DNA from: an archaeon
GTDB lineage: Archaea > Aenigmatarchaeota > Aenigmatarchaeia > Aenigmatarchaeales > JACQIB01
Direction of reading: 5' to 3'
DNA length: 64,000 bases
Assembly: GCA_035291225.1 (NCBI GenBank)
Contig: DATDSO010000004.1
Coordinates: forward strand, 41,298 to 105,297
Within the stretch, counting starts at the first letter, position 1. Each line of letters begins with the position of its first letter. Shown in pieces: positions 63,822 through 64,000 of the stretch. A model generated the notes under the pieces. That model was not told the origin of the DNA and made no database searches. It saw only the letters and a list, made by a program, of their open reading frames with translations. The position numbers and the translations under genes are program-made.

Positions 63822-64000
63822 ATCTATTGTTCTTGTTCTGAGTTTAAAAATTCGCACATGCCGCCGAGCTGAATTTAATTCATCCAACAGCAACAAACTT
63901 CCCCATGCTCCCATTACTGGAAAAATATAAAGTTCCAGAGCATGAGGGGCAGTGCCCGACAAGCGGCGGGCGGCGGAAAGTCCACGCACAGTTTTTGCAA

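Noticed and set aside
63822-63989. N-terminal 56-aa extension of the ThrRS-ed ORF (MRGLSAARRLSGTAPHALELY...)
   Set aside because: There is no similarity to the start of the ThrRS editing domain, whereas the internal MRGIIWQTKRF matches it. The extension is treated as upstream non-coding read-through of the ORF caller.
1-64000. Searched by eye for rRNA genes, CRISPR arrays, integrase/transposase genes and obvious prophage modules
   Set aside because: None found. No long direct-repeat arrays with spacers, no tyrosine or serine recombinase motifs, and no phage structural-gene cluster.

Overview
This is an archaeal chromosomal segment of roughly 40% GC. It has compact gene spacing, archaeal-type information-processing genes, and many small ORFs, which together suggest an uncultivated, possibly DPANN-like archaeon.

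The window carries a conserved core: the end of pheT, a bacterial-type LeuRS, the secE-spt5-L11-L1-L10(P0)-L12(P1) cluster, ftsZ, AlaRS, class II ribonucleotide reductase with an adjacent NrdH-like glutaredoxin, an archaeal histone, RPA, radA, orc1/cdc6 with a flanking repeat-rich replication origin, archaeosine tRNA-guanine transglycosylase, NAC-alpha and an M24 peptidase. Accessory and unusual elements are mixed in with this core.

Six observations seem most worth following up:
1. A LeuRS gene enlarged to 1202 aa by two embedded enzyme-like domains, one Ham1/ITPase-like and one RBBP9/YdeN-type serine hydrolase with an intact Ser-Asp-His triad. A second copy of that hydrolase lies elsewhere in the window, fused to an unknown domain.
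2. Two tRNA genes that each appear to carry more than one intron, including non-canonical insertions in the D-loop.
3. A block of three large secreted proteins that are Cys-rich, Thr-linker-rich and sequon-rich and share a novel roughly 60-aa cysteine module, next to a membrane-anchored thioredoxin-like protein.
4. A split larC flanking larB, with larE, forming a nickel-pincer-nucleotide cofactor cluster.
5. An ATP-cone domain fused to an Mrr-like PD-(D/E)xK nuclease.
6. A HEPN/MNT toxin-antitoxin pair with a perfect 14-bp palindromic operator.

No CRISPR array, rRNA, integrase or obvious prophage was seen.
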